DNA from: a bacterium
GTDB lineage: Bacteria > SAR324 > NAC60-12
Assembly: GCA_965233585.1 (NCBI GenBank)
Contig: CBDDTI010000493.1
Location: forward strand, 1-33,684
Direction: 5' to 3'
Length of the DNA: 33,684 nt
This document shows positions 1 through 11,033 of the stretch, piece by piece (the stretch's first letter is position 1; the number at the start of each line of letters is the position of its first letter). The translations under genes and the position numbers were made by a program. The notes under the pieces are model-generated. The model was not told where the DNA came from. It was given only the letters and a program-made list of their open reading frames with translations, and did no database searches.

Positions 1-2416
1 TCCAAGGCCAGCTCCATGGACAGCTAAAAGGATGTCCTAAGCTCCGCCAAGCTGCCACACAACTGGAGAGATCGTGGATATCGTGGTGAATAATTTTGAC
101 ACCTTGTGACAGCACATCGTTCAGGTTGATTTAGTCATTGACAATGATTGACAATGATTTTCTTCAGCTTTGGACAAGTCTCTGCGTTATGGAACTGGCG
201 AAACTGCTCTATCCAAGGTGTACCATGAGCCAAACCCTCCACCTCCTTCACACGCAGAGTATCTGCAAATTTGCCGCGGACAAACTCCAGCACCTCAGAG
301 AATCTACGAGCATTCTATGAGCATCTGCAGTCTTGAAATTGCATCAAATTCTCTCAAATTGCCCTGCAAAGTCCTACTACTATTACTATCACACCTTCGG
401 CCACCCCATCTGCCTGGTGATAGTTTTGGATCCTGCGCCCATCAGTTGCTGGCCTCTGAATCACTGCGAGCCGCAGGATACCTGCAAGTTGAACTTGATT
501 GATTCGCTTTCTGAGGAACTCAGCCCTGAGAAGCCTGCCTGATATTGCGACAAGCAAAAACAAACATGGCATAAGAAAACTGCTCGGCCTGCATCACTGG
601 ACACAGGCATAGCTGCCATAGTTGGAGTAGACTCATGGATCCACTGTTTCACCTGCGTTATACTGGTGCATGGAAGTTGGGGTGTCTGCAAGAAAGAGCG
701 AAGTGAAGGAAGACCCAGGATCACCTGTTCATAGCTTCGCCCATAGTACTTCGCCAGTGACATGGCTGGACGGTCAGAAATCCATTTCAGAAGACCGGCG
801 TGAATGCCGTTGGGACTCCAATGCATTTTGACTTTCTCGGTGTCAAAAGGGAAATCATGTTGCAATATGGACCAACTCGAAGGTTCTGTGTGGCCTCTGA
901 AGTTGCCATCGATATCCCTACCTTTTGCAGTGGAGATAGCAAAATCTATGTCACCATGCGGGAATACAAGCGCAACATCAACTTCATTCTGGTCCAACCG
1001 AAGGAAAACCTTGGCATAGTAAATCAAAGGAATCCACCAATGCAAGTGGTGCCATGGATTTGCTTCCCATGACATGGTGATGGGTACCACCATGAGAATG
1101 CGCTCGGATGCATCGTCTGCTTCTGGTCGATAACCTTGATGATTCAAATACAGCCAGAAACGCCCATATTCAGTGCAAAACGGTCCGTGTGGTCCGTGCG
1201 GTCCGTGCGGTCCGTGTGCCTTGGAGTCGCTGGGAGATGGCAAAATCTGTATGTATTGCAACATGTGTGGTCCACACTGTGAATGCCATGGCGATCCCGT
1301 TCCAGCTGAAGTCCGGAACAGTGAAGATCTGCGAGCCCAGGCAATACGTTTCTGAAGTTTTGACGAAAAACTGATTTCACGCACTCGAAAAACTCCGTCC
1401 GATTCCTTGAGGAAGTTCCACACAAGCCTCGCATAAAATAGAGCAGCGTCTCGTACACTGAAACCCCACATCTGCGTGTCCAAGCAATCTTGGGCAAATG
1501 TGGTAAGCTGGAAAATGCTTTCATGAAGTGACATGACCTTGCTCAACTCCTTTTCCAGAATGCAACCGTGAAGCAAACCAATAAGAGATGCAAGGTCGCC
1601 CGGCATGCACTGTGAAGAAAATGCGATTCTCAAAAGCGTATCTGCTTCAAGACTCCTCTCATCTTGTTCTCTGCAATTTTGCAAACTCAAGGCTTGATGC
1701 TCCCACAGGCTACCATTGAATAGCACTCGAGGAAAATACAGGCTTCCCACACCGGTCTGCAAAAGTTGTGCGCCTGTGCGCGAATAGTACTCTGCCGCTT
1801 CCACACATCGACAAAAATCCCTTTGACCCCAGGCAGCTGTGTAAATCCTGGTGAACCCAGCCCACATGCGAACTTCCCGTCTTAACATAGCCTGCATCGA
1901 TACCTGCATCGCTCGCATAGATCGATGCATAGATCGATGCAGTGCATGCAAAGATACAAAGTACGTCAAAGTGGCTCCGAACGCTGTTTCCATTGAAGGG
2001 AGTTCACCTTCAACAGTCCAATTCCTCACGCGGTCTAGGTGGATTTGTGCATGCTTCCAAGACTCATGCACCAGAAAGGTTGCGGCCACCGGAGATCGCA
2101 AACCTTTCTGGGTGTAAGCAAGAACCTGGTGCAAAAGATATGCTGAGATTGGTGGTAGTTTCTCAATGATTTGTTTCAAGGGTCCGAGGTGTGCAAGCGG
2201 AGCAGAACAGCATCTTTCGACATCGTCGAAGATGTCGAAGCATTGATGCTTGCGGCTACCATAGCAACAAGTAGCACGCGTGTGGCCGGAAGCCCAGCAG
2301 TCTGCGTTGGAATGGACGTACTGTGCATCTTGGACCCGAGCAAAGCCGTGTACTATGAGCATTGACACGATCCAGACCCTTTGCCATGGATATACAATAT
2401 ATACTCTGTTCATCAC
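1..2416 (-). CDS. Glycosyltransferase family 61 (DUF563)-like protein, spliced, running off the window start. Inferred exons: 2416-589, 481-414, 293-183 (or 186), 36-<1
   Basis: The 651-aa ORF has a hydrophobic N-terminus, a Cys cluster and NPWHHLHWWIP. Manual splicing at AG|GC...AG|G sites continues the frame into ILRLAVIQRPATDGRRIQNYHQ, VLEFVRGKFADTLRVKEVEGLAHGTPWIEQFRQFHNA and DILLAVHGAGLG. The R..RR..N, EQ..F and HGAGL motifs are typical of GT61. Confidence 0.8.
1181..1218. repeat. 9-bp tandem repeat (GGTCCGTGY) x4 encoding (HGP)n inside the GT61 ORF
   Basis: cggtccgtgt ggtccgtgcg gtccgtgcgg tccgtgtg, translating as HGPHGPHGPHGP. Confidence 0.85.
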
Positions 2417-2699
2417 TGTTCTTTAGAGTCATATCCCAGCAGAACCATGGGCCAAAACAGGAGACACGATGGCGCAGTCACATGGGGCGTGGGTTAAGTG
2501 GACCGAGTTTGGTCACTGTACGCCTGCGGGACTGCTCTCCCCAGCTCTCCCCTACCTTCATGGACCTTCCCTTGCAAATCCTTTTGATATCTTTTGATGT
2601 ACAATTGACAAACCCTTTTATTTCGTAGAAGGTGCTGCAATGCAAGAGTTTACCAGCCGGAGCCCAGGCAAAAAGGTTCTAGAATCTGCTAGTCCATTG

Positions 2700-5600
2700 A
2701 GTTGACAACACACGGGCAGTGCTCCTTGCAAAAGCGGGAGACAGGCCAACTTTCAAGTGACAGGTAGGGGTGAGACAGGTAGACAAACGAGATGGCAAGC
2801 TGGGTCGGGCAAGCTGGGTTGGACAAAGTAGAAACCCAAACTCAGCATTGCGCCAGAAAGCAGAAGTGACGAAAGGATGCCATGCAAGCAAACGAGTAAA
2901 AGTTGCAACCACTACTCCCACCACGTCCCGGCCAATAATTTCCTTACATTGCGGAAGGTTCGTGTCTCTGCTTGGGGCCACATGAACAAACAAGAACAGT
3001 CATGACAGAAGCAAAAGCAACAGGAGCAATCGACTCTTGCTCAAGTTTCAGATATCACATCGCGGTTTATTCTCAGTCGCAGAACACCTCCACTTGGCAC
3101 GAGCCCCTTTGGGGATCAGAGAAGGATTTCTTGCCAGCTGGCTAGGAAAAGACCAGAAGTTGGACAGATGGCCTTTTATTTTTTTTTCTAAACTTGAAAG
3201 TTCAATGATCTTCTTGGACTGCCTTTTGGCAAGACCCTGCGCTTGTATCATTATCAGGCCGAGCAATGTCGGCGCCAAAAATTCAGCTTTTGCTGAATCT
3301 TTGAGCTTGCAACATCCTAGAATATCCTAGAGCAATACTAAATAGTGGTCCGAAAATATGCTTGGTAGACTTCTCTTATCAATCGAGAAACTGCCAAGCC
3401 TGCTTCAAGTCACATCAAAATACATCAAACACTTTTGTTGTGAATAAGGGAAACAAGATTAAATTTTAATAAATCAGTACTTGTACGAGGTGCGGGATCT
3501 GTTTGGTAACAGTCAACTGTAACAGTGTCCACAATCGAACCGTATGGAACCTCACTTGAGACTGGCAAGGCCAGCATTGGCAAGCTCTGATTCTACCTGA
3601 AGAAAACAAACACACATTGACAAACGACTTGTCTCCAAACATCTTCAAACGACTCAAGTCAGATACAGCCAAGCCAATCAAGCCAGACATATGCCAGTTA
3701 TGGAAGGGTTATGGAAAAGTGTTGTCGGATGTTGTCGGATGTTGGCGGATGATGTCGGATGTTGTCGGATTGAGGTGGTAGGAGGAGCATCAGTGTGTGC
3801 ATGAAGATCTACAGAGCACGTCAGGCGAAAATTGTCGTGGAAAAGGAGCTTGGACCCGTGCTGCTTCAGAGATGGCTGTCCGCCTCGGCAACAGCCACAT
3901 ACACTCCACACCCATATCCCAGAAGTCAGACTGGCGGCTTCAACGACCATTAACAGTTCTTTAATTCCCCACTGAGGCAAGGTCAAAGATGCCACCGATC
4001 GACTGCTACGAGTAGACCTGAAAAAAACAGGTTTCAGGAGAGTCTGTTCTGAATCGGATCAAGACCAACTCCTGCAGGTCCTTCTTTTTTAACACAAGAA
4101 CAAATGATTCATGTTGATTCATTTTGTCATATATATCATATATGTTCGAATTATGTTCCATACTGTATGTTATTCTCCAACATTTTGGCACCTTCGTGTG
4201 CTTCTTGATGGTCCACACTGTCCGGGCTCAACCACCTCATTGCGACATGGCAAAGGCGTGTCTTCGCCCTGAAAACAGATGAAAACAGCACATTCAACAG
4301 GTTGAAAAAAAACACGCCAACCCCAAAAACACTCGAATAAAAAGGGACACCAGGCTATGGGGACTCCCAAGGAAATATCCCAAGGAAATATATATATATA
4401 TTGTATATATATATATATACATAATAATTATATATTAATTATACTGCACATGATGCCTAGTATGATATGCTATTAGATTGTAGACAAAGCCTGTTTTTCA
4501 TACTGCATATGACATATCATGCATATATAAACCATATATAATACACATATAATGCATATTCTGCATTCTCTTGCTCGGTTTTTTGTCTGTCAATTCGAAT
4601 GGTCAAATTGCTGCGCCTCCACAAATGCGCTGGCACCGCTATTCTTATTGGCCTAAAAGACAGGACACATGGTTGTACCATGTTGTACCCAACTGTACCC
4701 AACTCCACTGCGAGAAACAAGGCCAGAAAGCCTCGTCCAGCTTGGCAGTCTCAGTCGGTCTGACCGCCTCATAGAGAAACTCGCTACCCCCAGCCCTAAA
4801 AAAGCGTGAATGCAACGTTGAATGCGTGAATCTCTTTGTCAAATTTGTCAACGTCCGGTACTCAACTACGTACATTCGCTGTGTGACGTGTGTTGCCTTA
4901 CCGTGGCGAGCGCTTTGTTTAGGGTTCCTGGCATTCTTTCCAGTATGGCGAAATCTTTCCCACGACCTCAATTTTTCTTTAAGTTCAGGCTGCTCCATGT
5001 CTCCGTGTACAACACACACTCAACGCTCGGTCTTTTCGCTTTTCAAACGTGGCATCCCTGTCTGGTGTTCCAGTCTCCATGTTACACTTTCCAACTGGAT
5101 CAATTGAGAGAAGTTTATCTGCAAGTCAGGACTGAGGAAGGTTCTTGTAACCGGCAATTTCTGGAATGGCCACAGCTCTGTGGACACTGATTGCTGGAAC
5201 CTGTCGTCAAGATACGCTAGTGCAAGGTGAAATGGTTGTTCTGCAGAAGCCTTCTCATTGTTGTAGGGATCGAAAATGCCATCATCACCCTTCTTCGGCA
5301 GCGCATCTGCAGAGAGGAAACAAAACAACTTTGAAGCCCAAATCGAAGAATAAGAAGCATCATGAAATCACTGGCTAATCAATCCTTCCCTTTCAAAAGG
5401 AGCCGCATAGATCCCAAAGCAGTGTAGCTTCGGCCAAGACACTTGAGCCAAAGCGTCCAAGCCAATAAGACCTTCAAGAAACAGGGCTTGGCTCAAGCGG
5501 CTCAAGAGTGCTACTTCGCAGCTTCCAAAAACGTGAGTCCGATGTGTGACGTGCGTTATCTTTTTCTTCAGCCGTCGATATATAGATTCATTAGACTTAA

Positions 5601-8408
5601 TAGCAAGAGCACCTTCTGCACCGATTCTCTCGGATAATGGCATCCTGGCTACAGGATTGCATGCGCACAGGAGGGGTTTGGTGTTCGCAGATCAAAAAAG
5701 CACCCGATGGCTGATGCATAGCTGCTATGGTCGGCTGTTTCACGCTGATGGAATTGGGGGGCCGCAGAACCAGGCAGCCAGGATAAGCCAGCGGACCTGC
5801 CACGCCAAGTTTGCCTTGACCTTAGGTCTTCGAAACCAAACAACAAAGTACTTCTCTCTGCCTATCTCTCAGATTCTCTCTCCCTACCTCCCTTCCTTCC
5901 TCGCTCGCTCGCTTGCTCTCTCTCTCTCTCCCTCTTTCTCAAGATGTCAACTCTGCGCATTTCCAAGCTCTCGACCGTCATCGAGTCAGCAGAGATGAAG
6001 TTGCTTTTCGATGCAATATTTTTTTCATGTGTTCTCGTCTGCTTTGGCGCACATACAGTTGACAAGATTGATGCTGGTAAAATAGAGAGAGAGACAGAGA
6101 CTGTGCGTGCGTATGTGTGTGTGTGTGTCTGTCCAAAACTCGTTCTATCGATGTGCCCAACAAGTAGTCCTCAGTAGACATCAGTAATTTCCCTTGACTT
6201 GCTGTGGGCTACATGTGTGCGAGGCGCAAGCTAGCTCTTTCTAGGCTATGCTGCGGTACAGTACAAGCAGTCAATTTCTGGATCCGACTCTTGAGATTTG
6301 GTTGTTTGCCACGCATTGCGACGTCAAGTTCTGGTAGGACTTGTTTTCCTCTCTGGCGTCTTGCATCCATCAAAGGACAGCACCTAGGGGAAATGCCTGG
6401 TTAATTTGAACCAGCTAAAAATCTATTTGGTGGGTTTGCCCACTTACATCGTTAACATGGGTGACTTATCACCATCAGTGTCTTCACGCGGCCTAAGCGA
6501 AGCGAAAATGAAGCGACTGGAAGATGTGGCCAGGATTCACAATTCATCACAATTCCATGGAGTTCATTAAAGTTCCATGACTTTTTCGAAAAACTGTATA
6601 ATGAATTGTCATGAATTGTCATGAATTGTCATGAATTGAAGGAAGTCCAATGAATTCGGTGAGAAGCTCCGCGAATGCCTGGTGCCACATGGTGCCACAC
6701 ACCTGCCTGGCCTGGTCCACTGAGTCCACTGAGTCCACTGAGTCCACTGAGTCCACTGGGCACAACGGACTGCCAAAAGCTGCCGAGCTCCGTTCACTTT
6801 GGAGCCGCTCGCCTGGCACGTTTTCAGTCACAAGATCGCCTCGAATGAGTTCATGTTAGATCTCTATTACTCTATACATATCTTTACAATTCTCCATAGG
6901 GTATATAAACATACAATATGTATATATATATATAGTATTAGTATATATATATATAATTATAATATATATATACGTATATATAGTCACACATAAAAATGCA
7001 TGTGTAGCTAGCAATCAGATTGAGACTTGGAGGCTAGGTCAATGGAATAGCACACAACTTCTTGCATGATTGAGTATGCAGATTAGGATGCTAGCCACTA
7101 GGGGGGCAATGGACGAAAGGTTGGTGTCAAGTGTCAACTCGAAAATGTCCCAAGCGATTCAGCTGATATCATGAAAAACTATGGAAAAATATAAGATTGC
7201 TTTCTTCACACCTGTCCCATCATGTTAGGAAGGGACCTCCCGCCTCAGCCTCATTTGCAGCCTTCTCGATTCTGGCTTTGTGCTCCCTGTGCGATCTGAA
7301 CACACAGGCTCAAAGATTGAAAACTGCCAGAAATTGCTGCATAGATCAGGAAGAGTCAGGAGAGAATATCTTGCAGTATCTTGCGTCTTCTCGAGACCTC
7401 TTGGAATTGCAGGGGATCTTTTTCTTTCTGTCACCACTGTAGCTCTCTGTAGTACGGTTGAGAAAGGAGCAAGGAACAGTAGTAAAGTACCCGGAACTTG
7501 ACTTCCATACACATTTGTGCCGAGTCATGTTGATGTATGTGGGCACCTCTACACAGAACACAAGGAACATAGCGTTCCATGAAATATTCGTATTATGTCC
7601 GTATTATATTCGTGCAATTCGTATATCTGTCACTATACACATGTTCGTTCAATGTGTAGGGTCTGTGCTCAAATGTTAGCAGCCTCAACGTTGCAACAAT
7701 GGACTCTTTCATCGAGCCACCTGCGTAAAGTTCTAAGATGTTCAAAGTGCTAGGTGTAAACCCGAATCGCTTGGATTTCAAAGTTGGACATCGACGTTGT
7801 CTTATTTTCGGACTGCCATTTCTTGCATTGTTTTGCCATGAGCACTTGCAGCAGGAGTCAAAATGACAACACAATGAGAGTCATGGAAACTCAGTGACTT
7901 GGAGTACTTGGAGCTCGGGGTCTGGCTCTTCAGCATGGCTAACATGAGGAATGCACATCTGCTTGCTGCGGCCAATACTGCGTGAGGCCTCAGGAAATCA
8001 AATTCATTTGGCGATGAAAGTTTAGTTGCACTAAACGCAGCGTGTTCATTGTTTAGTTTGTCATGTATGTTCCAAGAATACACTGCTGCACTATGCTGTG
8101 CATGATATGTGTCTCATTGTTTCTACACTTTCCCAGCTTCAAAGGTGTCCTCTATGCAAATCACATCTCAGCGTCAGGCTTTAAACAGCTCTCCCAGAGC
8201 GGCTGCGCAAGCTTCGGCCCCTTTCATAGTGTGCTGAGCAGATTCTATATAAATAGTGACACTATTAAATAGTGACGAGGGTGCCGCCCGTTCAACAGTG
8301 CGCATAACGGGACTGGGTCAGTGCCTGCTCAGGCTCCAATTTTAGCAGAATAAGCATTGTCGTCGTGACCGTGCCATTGTTTAGTAGACCAAGGTCATCC
8401 TTCTTTGC
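2700..8408 (-). CDS. Multi-exon host gene(s), product unknown; boundaries approximate
   Basis: Series of short open segments between microsatellite-rich introns. Examples: 8408-8325 AKKDDLGLLNNGTVTTTMLILLKLEPEQ (AG|G...AG|GC); ~5310-5120 DALPKKGDDGIFDPYNNEK...SPDLQ; ~4080-4018 DLQELVLIRFRTDSPETCFFQ; ~3325-3180 DILGCCKLKDSAKAEF. Confidence 0.5.
3720..3770. repeat. 10-bp tandem repeat (GTTGTCGGAT) x5
   Basis: Directly visible; lies in a putative intron. Confidence 0.85.
4388..4442. repeat. (AT)n microsatellite
   Basis: Directly visible. Confidence 0.85.
6601..6638. repeat. 10-bp tandem repeat (ATGAATTGTC) x~4
   Basis: Directly visible. Confidence 0.85.
6715..6758. repeat. 9-bp tandem repeat (GTCCACTGA) x5
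   Basis: Directly visible; explains the spurious TES/WTQ/VDS ORFs. Confidence 0.9.
6901..6982. repeat. (AT)n-rich microsatellite
   Basis: Directly visible. Confidence 0.85.
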
Positions 8409-9042
8409 CTAGCAGAGAATCGAATTCAAACATATTCAAACTGTCTTTGCAAACATGAGTGACAAACCATAAAAACATCAGTCTTGCAAGACCACAATGT
8501 ATAGATTGATTAGATTTAATCTTATAAGAATCTCTGCCAGCCTTACTCTGGAAATCAATGATTTAGTTATTTCGTCATTGTTTTTTCATTTTGGTTTTTT
8601 TATCATATTTACATTTTTTTTTATATGTTGTTCCTTCTTTTTGGAGTTTTCATTTTTTTAAACTAATTCTAGTGATTTAATTTGAGGCTGGGCCCCATCA
8701 GAGGATACAAGCGTTATTGAGTCATTGAGTTCAACTGTGATTTGTACCATAGTATACAGTAATCAAGCATACTTGCTTCTGCTACTTCATCAACTCCTAC
8801 TATACAAATACATTAACTGTAAATATGCAAATATAATTCACTAGCCAGCTGTAACTCACTGAGCAACTCACCAGCTTTGGTAATCAAGAATCAATCACTA
8901 CTAAGTAACAAGAAATTAAATGACAATGACACGTAGCAGGTAGCAGCTAGCAGGCAGGAGCAAGCTGCAACGAGCAGGGTGTCCCCAGCAAGAAATCACA
9001 GCCGGTCCAGCCTACCCCAGCCGGGCCCCAGCCCAGCCCAGC

Positions 9043-9483
9043 CAATGATAAAAAGAATGATAAAGCAGAAACAAATGAAAAAAAATGATTAAAAAAATGA
9101 TAAAGCAGAAACAAATGAAAAAAATGATAAAATGATAAAGCAGAAACAAATGAAAAAATGAAAAAATGAAAACCAAAACAACAAAAATGAAAAAAATGAA
9201 AAAATCATGAAAAAATGAAAAAATGAAAACATGAAAAAAATTAAAAAAATGAAAAAAAACACTCGAGGAAAATCGACATTTTCCAAATTTTGGAGTTCAC
9301 CCAGCAAACAGCCCCCACCTACCCACCCACTACTAGCCAGCCAGCCCACCCACCCGCACCACCATCCCGGCCCTACCAGCCAGCCCAGCCAGCCCACCCA
9401 CCCCCACCATCCCGGCCCTACCAGCCAGCCAGCCCACCCACACCACCATCCCGGCCCTACCAGCCAGCCCAGCCAGCCCACCC
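9043..9483. repeat. Left part of a low-complexity repeat: (AAAAATG)n tract followed by a C-rich minisatellite (CACCATCCCGGCCCTACCAGCCAGCCC...)
   Basis: The same minisatellite unit resumes in the same orientation at 29931. Confidence 0.85.
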
Positions 9484-9641
9484 AAAAAATGTAAAAAAAG
9501 TTGATTCAGTGAAGTTTTCTAAACTAATATCATAGCAGTATAACAAATCAAAATTTATTCATTAAAAAAAAATAACAGTCCAAAAAGCCAGTTTATATAT
9601 TGTTAATTGCTTCACTTTTCTCAACAGTATCAACACATAAT

Positions 9642-9830
9642 TACCTCATTCAATTTTTAAAAATCATAGCAGTCAAAGCATACTTACCTCATTCAATTTT
9701 TCAAAATCATAGCAGTCAAAGCATACTTACCTCAGTCAATTTTTCAAAATTATAGCAGTCAAAGCATACTTACCTCATTCATTCTTTCAAATTCATCAGT
9801 CAAAAGCATTATTACCTTATTCATTTTACA
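9642..9830. repeat. Subterminal 43-bp tandem repeat x~4.5 (TACCTCATTCAATTTTTCAAAATCATAGCAGTCAAAGCATACT)
   Basis: Units start at ~9642, 9685, 9728, 9771 and 9813; mirrored at ~29587-29772. Confidence 0.9.
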
Positions 9831-9835
9831 AAATC

Positions 9836-10150
9836 CTATCCATCAACCGTTCCTAAATTCCTTTTATGCTTCTCTGTTTTTAAATGTCTTGAATAACAGT
9901 GTGCCTTCATTGATGAATTACATACATTACAAAAGGCAACTTTATCACGATAGTTTTGTATTTGTTCCTGTTTCTTTTTTCTATATTCTTCATCTTCTTT
10001 ATATTTAGTTCTTCGTGTTTCATTCACTTTATCTTTATGTTTGTCATAGTTCTTTCTCTTGTATTCCAAGCATGTCTTACAAGTCTTCAATCCATCTTCA
10101 AAATTATCAATTGGTAAATCTTTAACACAATATCTACAAAATTTATCCAT
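9836..10150 (-). CDS. 104-aa zinc-finger protein (N-terminal CxxC..CxxC, charged helix, C-terminal C2H2)
   Basis: CRYC...CKTC and CNVC...RHLKTEKH; intact ORF, mirrored at 29261-29575. Confidence 0.75.
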   Translation of the reverse strand: MDKFCRYCVKDLPIDNFEDGLKTCKTCLEYKRKNYDKHKDKVNETRRTKYKEDEEYRKKKQEQIQNYRDKVAFCNVCNSSMKAHCYSRHLKTEKHKRNLGTVDG

Positions 10151-10343
10151 TACATATAAATATGATTATCTTCTTAAATGTCTTTTCCAAGAATTCCTAT
10201 AACAACCAAAAAACAAAAACAAACCAAGCGAAGAACAACATAAAAAAAAAACAATAGACAACAATAAACATTATTCCCTACCCTTTAATAACCCTATCTT
10301 ACAAATCCATAATTCAAAATAAATAAATCTTATTAGAAATATG

Positions 10344-10907
10344 TTAGTAGTAAATATCTTCAATAATTATCAATTCAAAATGAAATGCTTGTATTCCTAT
10401 TATACTATCTTTATCTTGGTCTTCTTCTATGTCGGTATTTATTTCTTCATCTGCTTTATTCAATACATCTTCTATATTATCTTCATCTACATATTCATCA
10501 AAGTCATGCATGAAGTAAATTTCTCTATAACTAAATTCATTGTCTCCATATTCTTTATCTGGGAGTTTTGCTACTATTTGGACTTCAATATCAAGTTTAA
10601 CTCTAAAATTTAAATTATCTTCTTCTACTTCTTCATAAATCAAAGATAGTAATTCTTCTTTTTCTTCTGTTATGATGTTTCCTATACTTTTTAAACCAAA
10701 TGGCACTCCCTCTCTCACAATACAGTATTCAATTACATATTTTTTTCTTGGTTTCAAATGTCTTGCTATTTTAGGACCAAATCTTGATATTTTATGTTTG
10801 TTCCGTATTCTCTTCAATGCTTCACTATGCTTTATTGTCAAATATTTAGGGTCTCCAATTTTATAAGGAACGATCTTACGCAACGCATCAACAGGCAAAC
10901 CCTTCAT
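10344..10907 (-). CDS. 187-aa hypothetical element protein (basic N-half, acidic C-half)
   Basis: Intact ATG-initiated ORF divergent from pPolB; mirrored copy at 28498-29062. Confidence 0.7.
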   Translation of the reverse strand: MKGLPVDALRKIVPYKIGDPKYLTIKHSEALKRIRNKHKISRFGPKIARHLKPRKKYVIEYCIVREGVPFGLKSIGNIITEEKEELLSLIYEEVEEDNLNFRVKLDIEVQIVAKLPDKEYGDNEFSYREIYFMHDFDEYVDEDNIEDVLNKADEEINTDIEEDQDKDSIIGIQAFHFELIIIEDIYY

Positions 10908-11033
10908 ACAATTCGTCTTATAAAAACTTATATAAATAACTTAGTCTTTCAGTATATATTCCAAGATTAAAATGTAGAATTCTTTGAAAAACTACTTAAA
11001 GATAAATCAACTAAATAAAATATATACTATTAT

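Noticed and set aside
5440..5506. TTGGCTCAAG matches to the spliced-leader 3' end on both strands
   Set aside because: Only 10-11 nt and inside a probable exon; compatible with chance.
9642..9830. 43-bp and 22-bp arrays as CRISPR arrays
   Set aside because: The units are contiguous with no unique spacers, there are no cas genes, and the context is eukaryotic.
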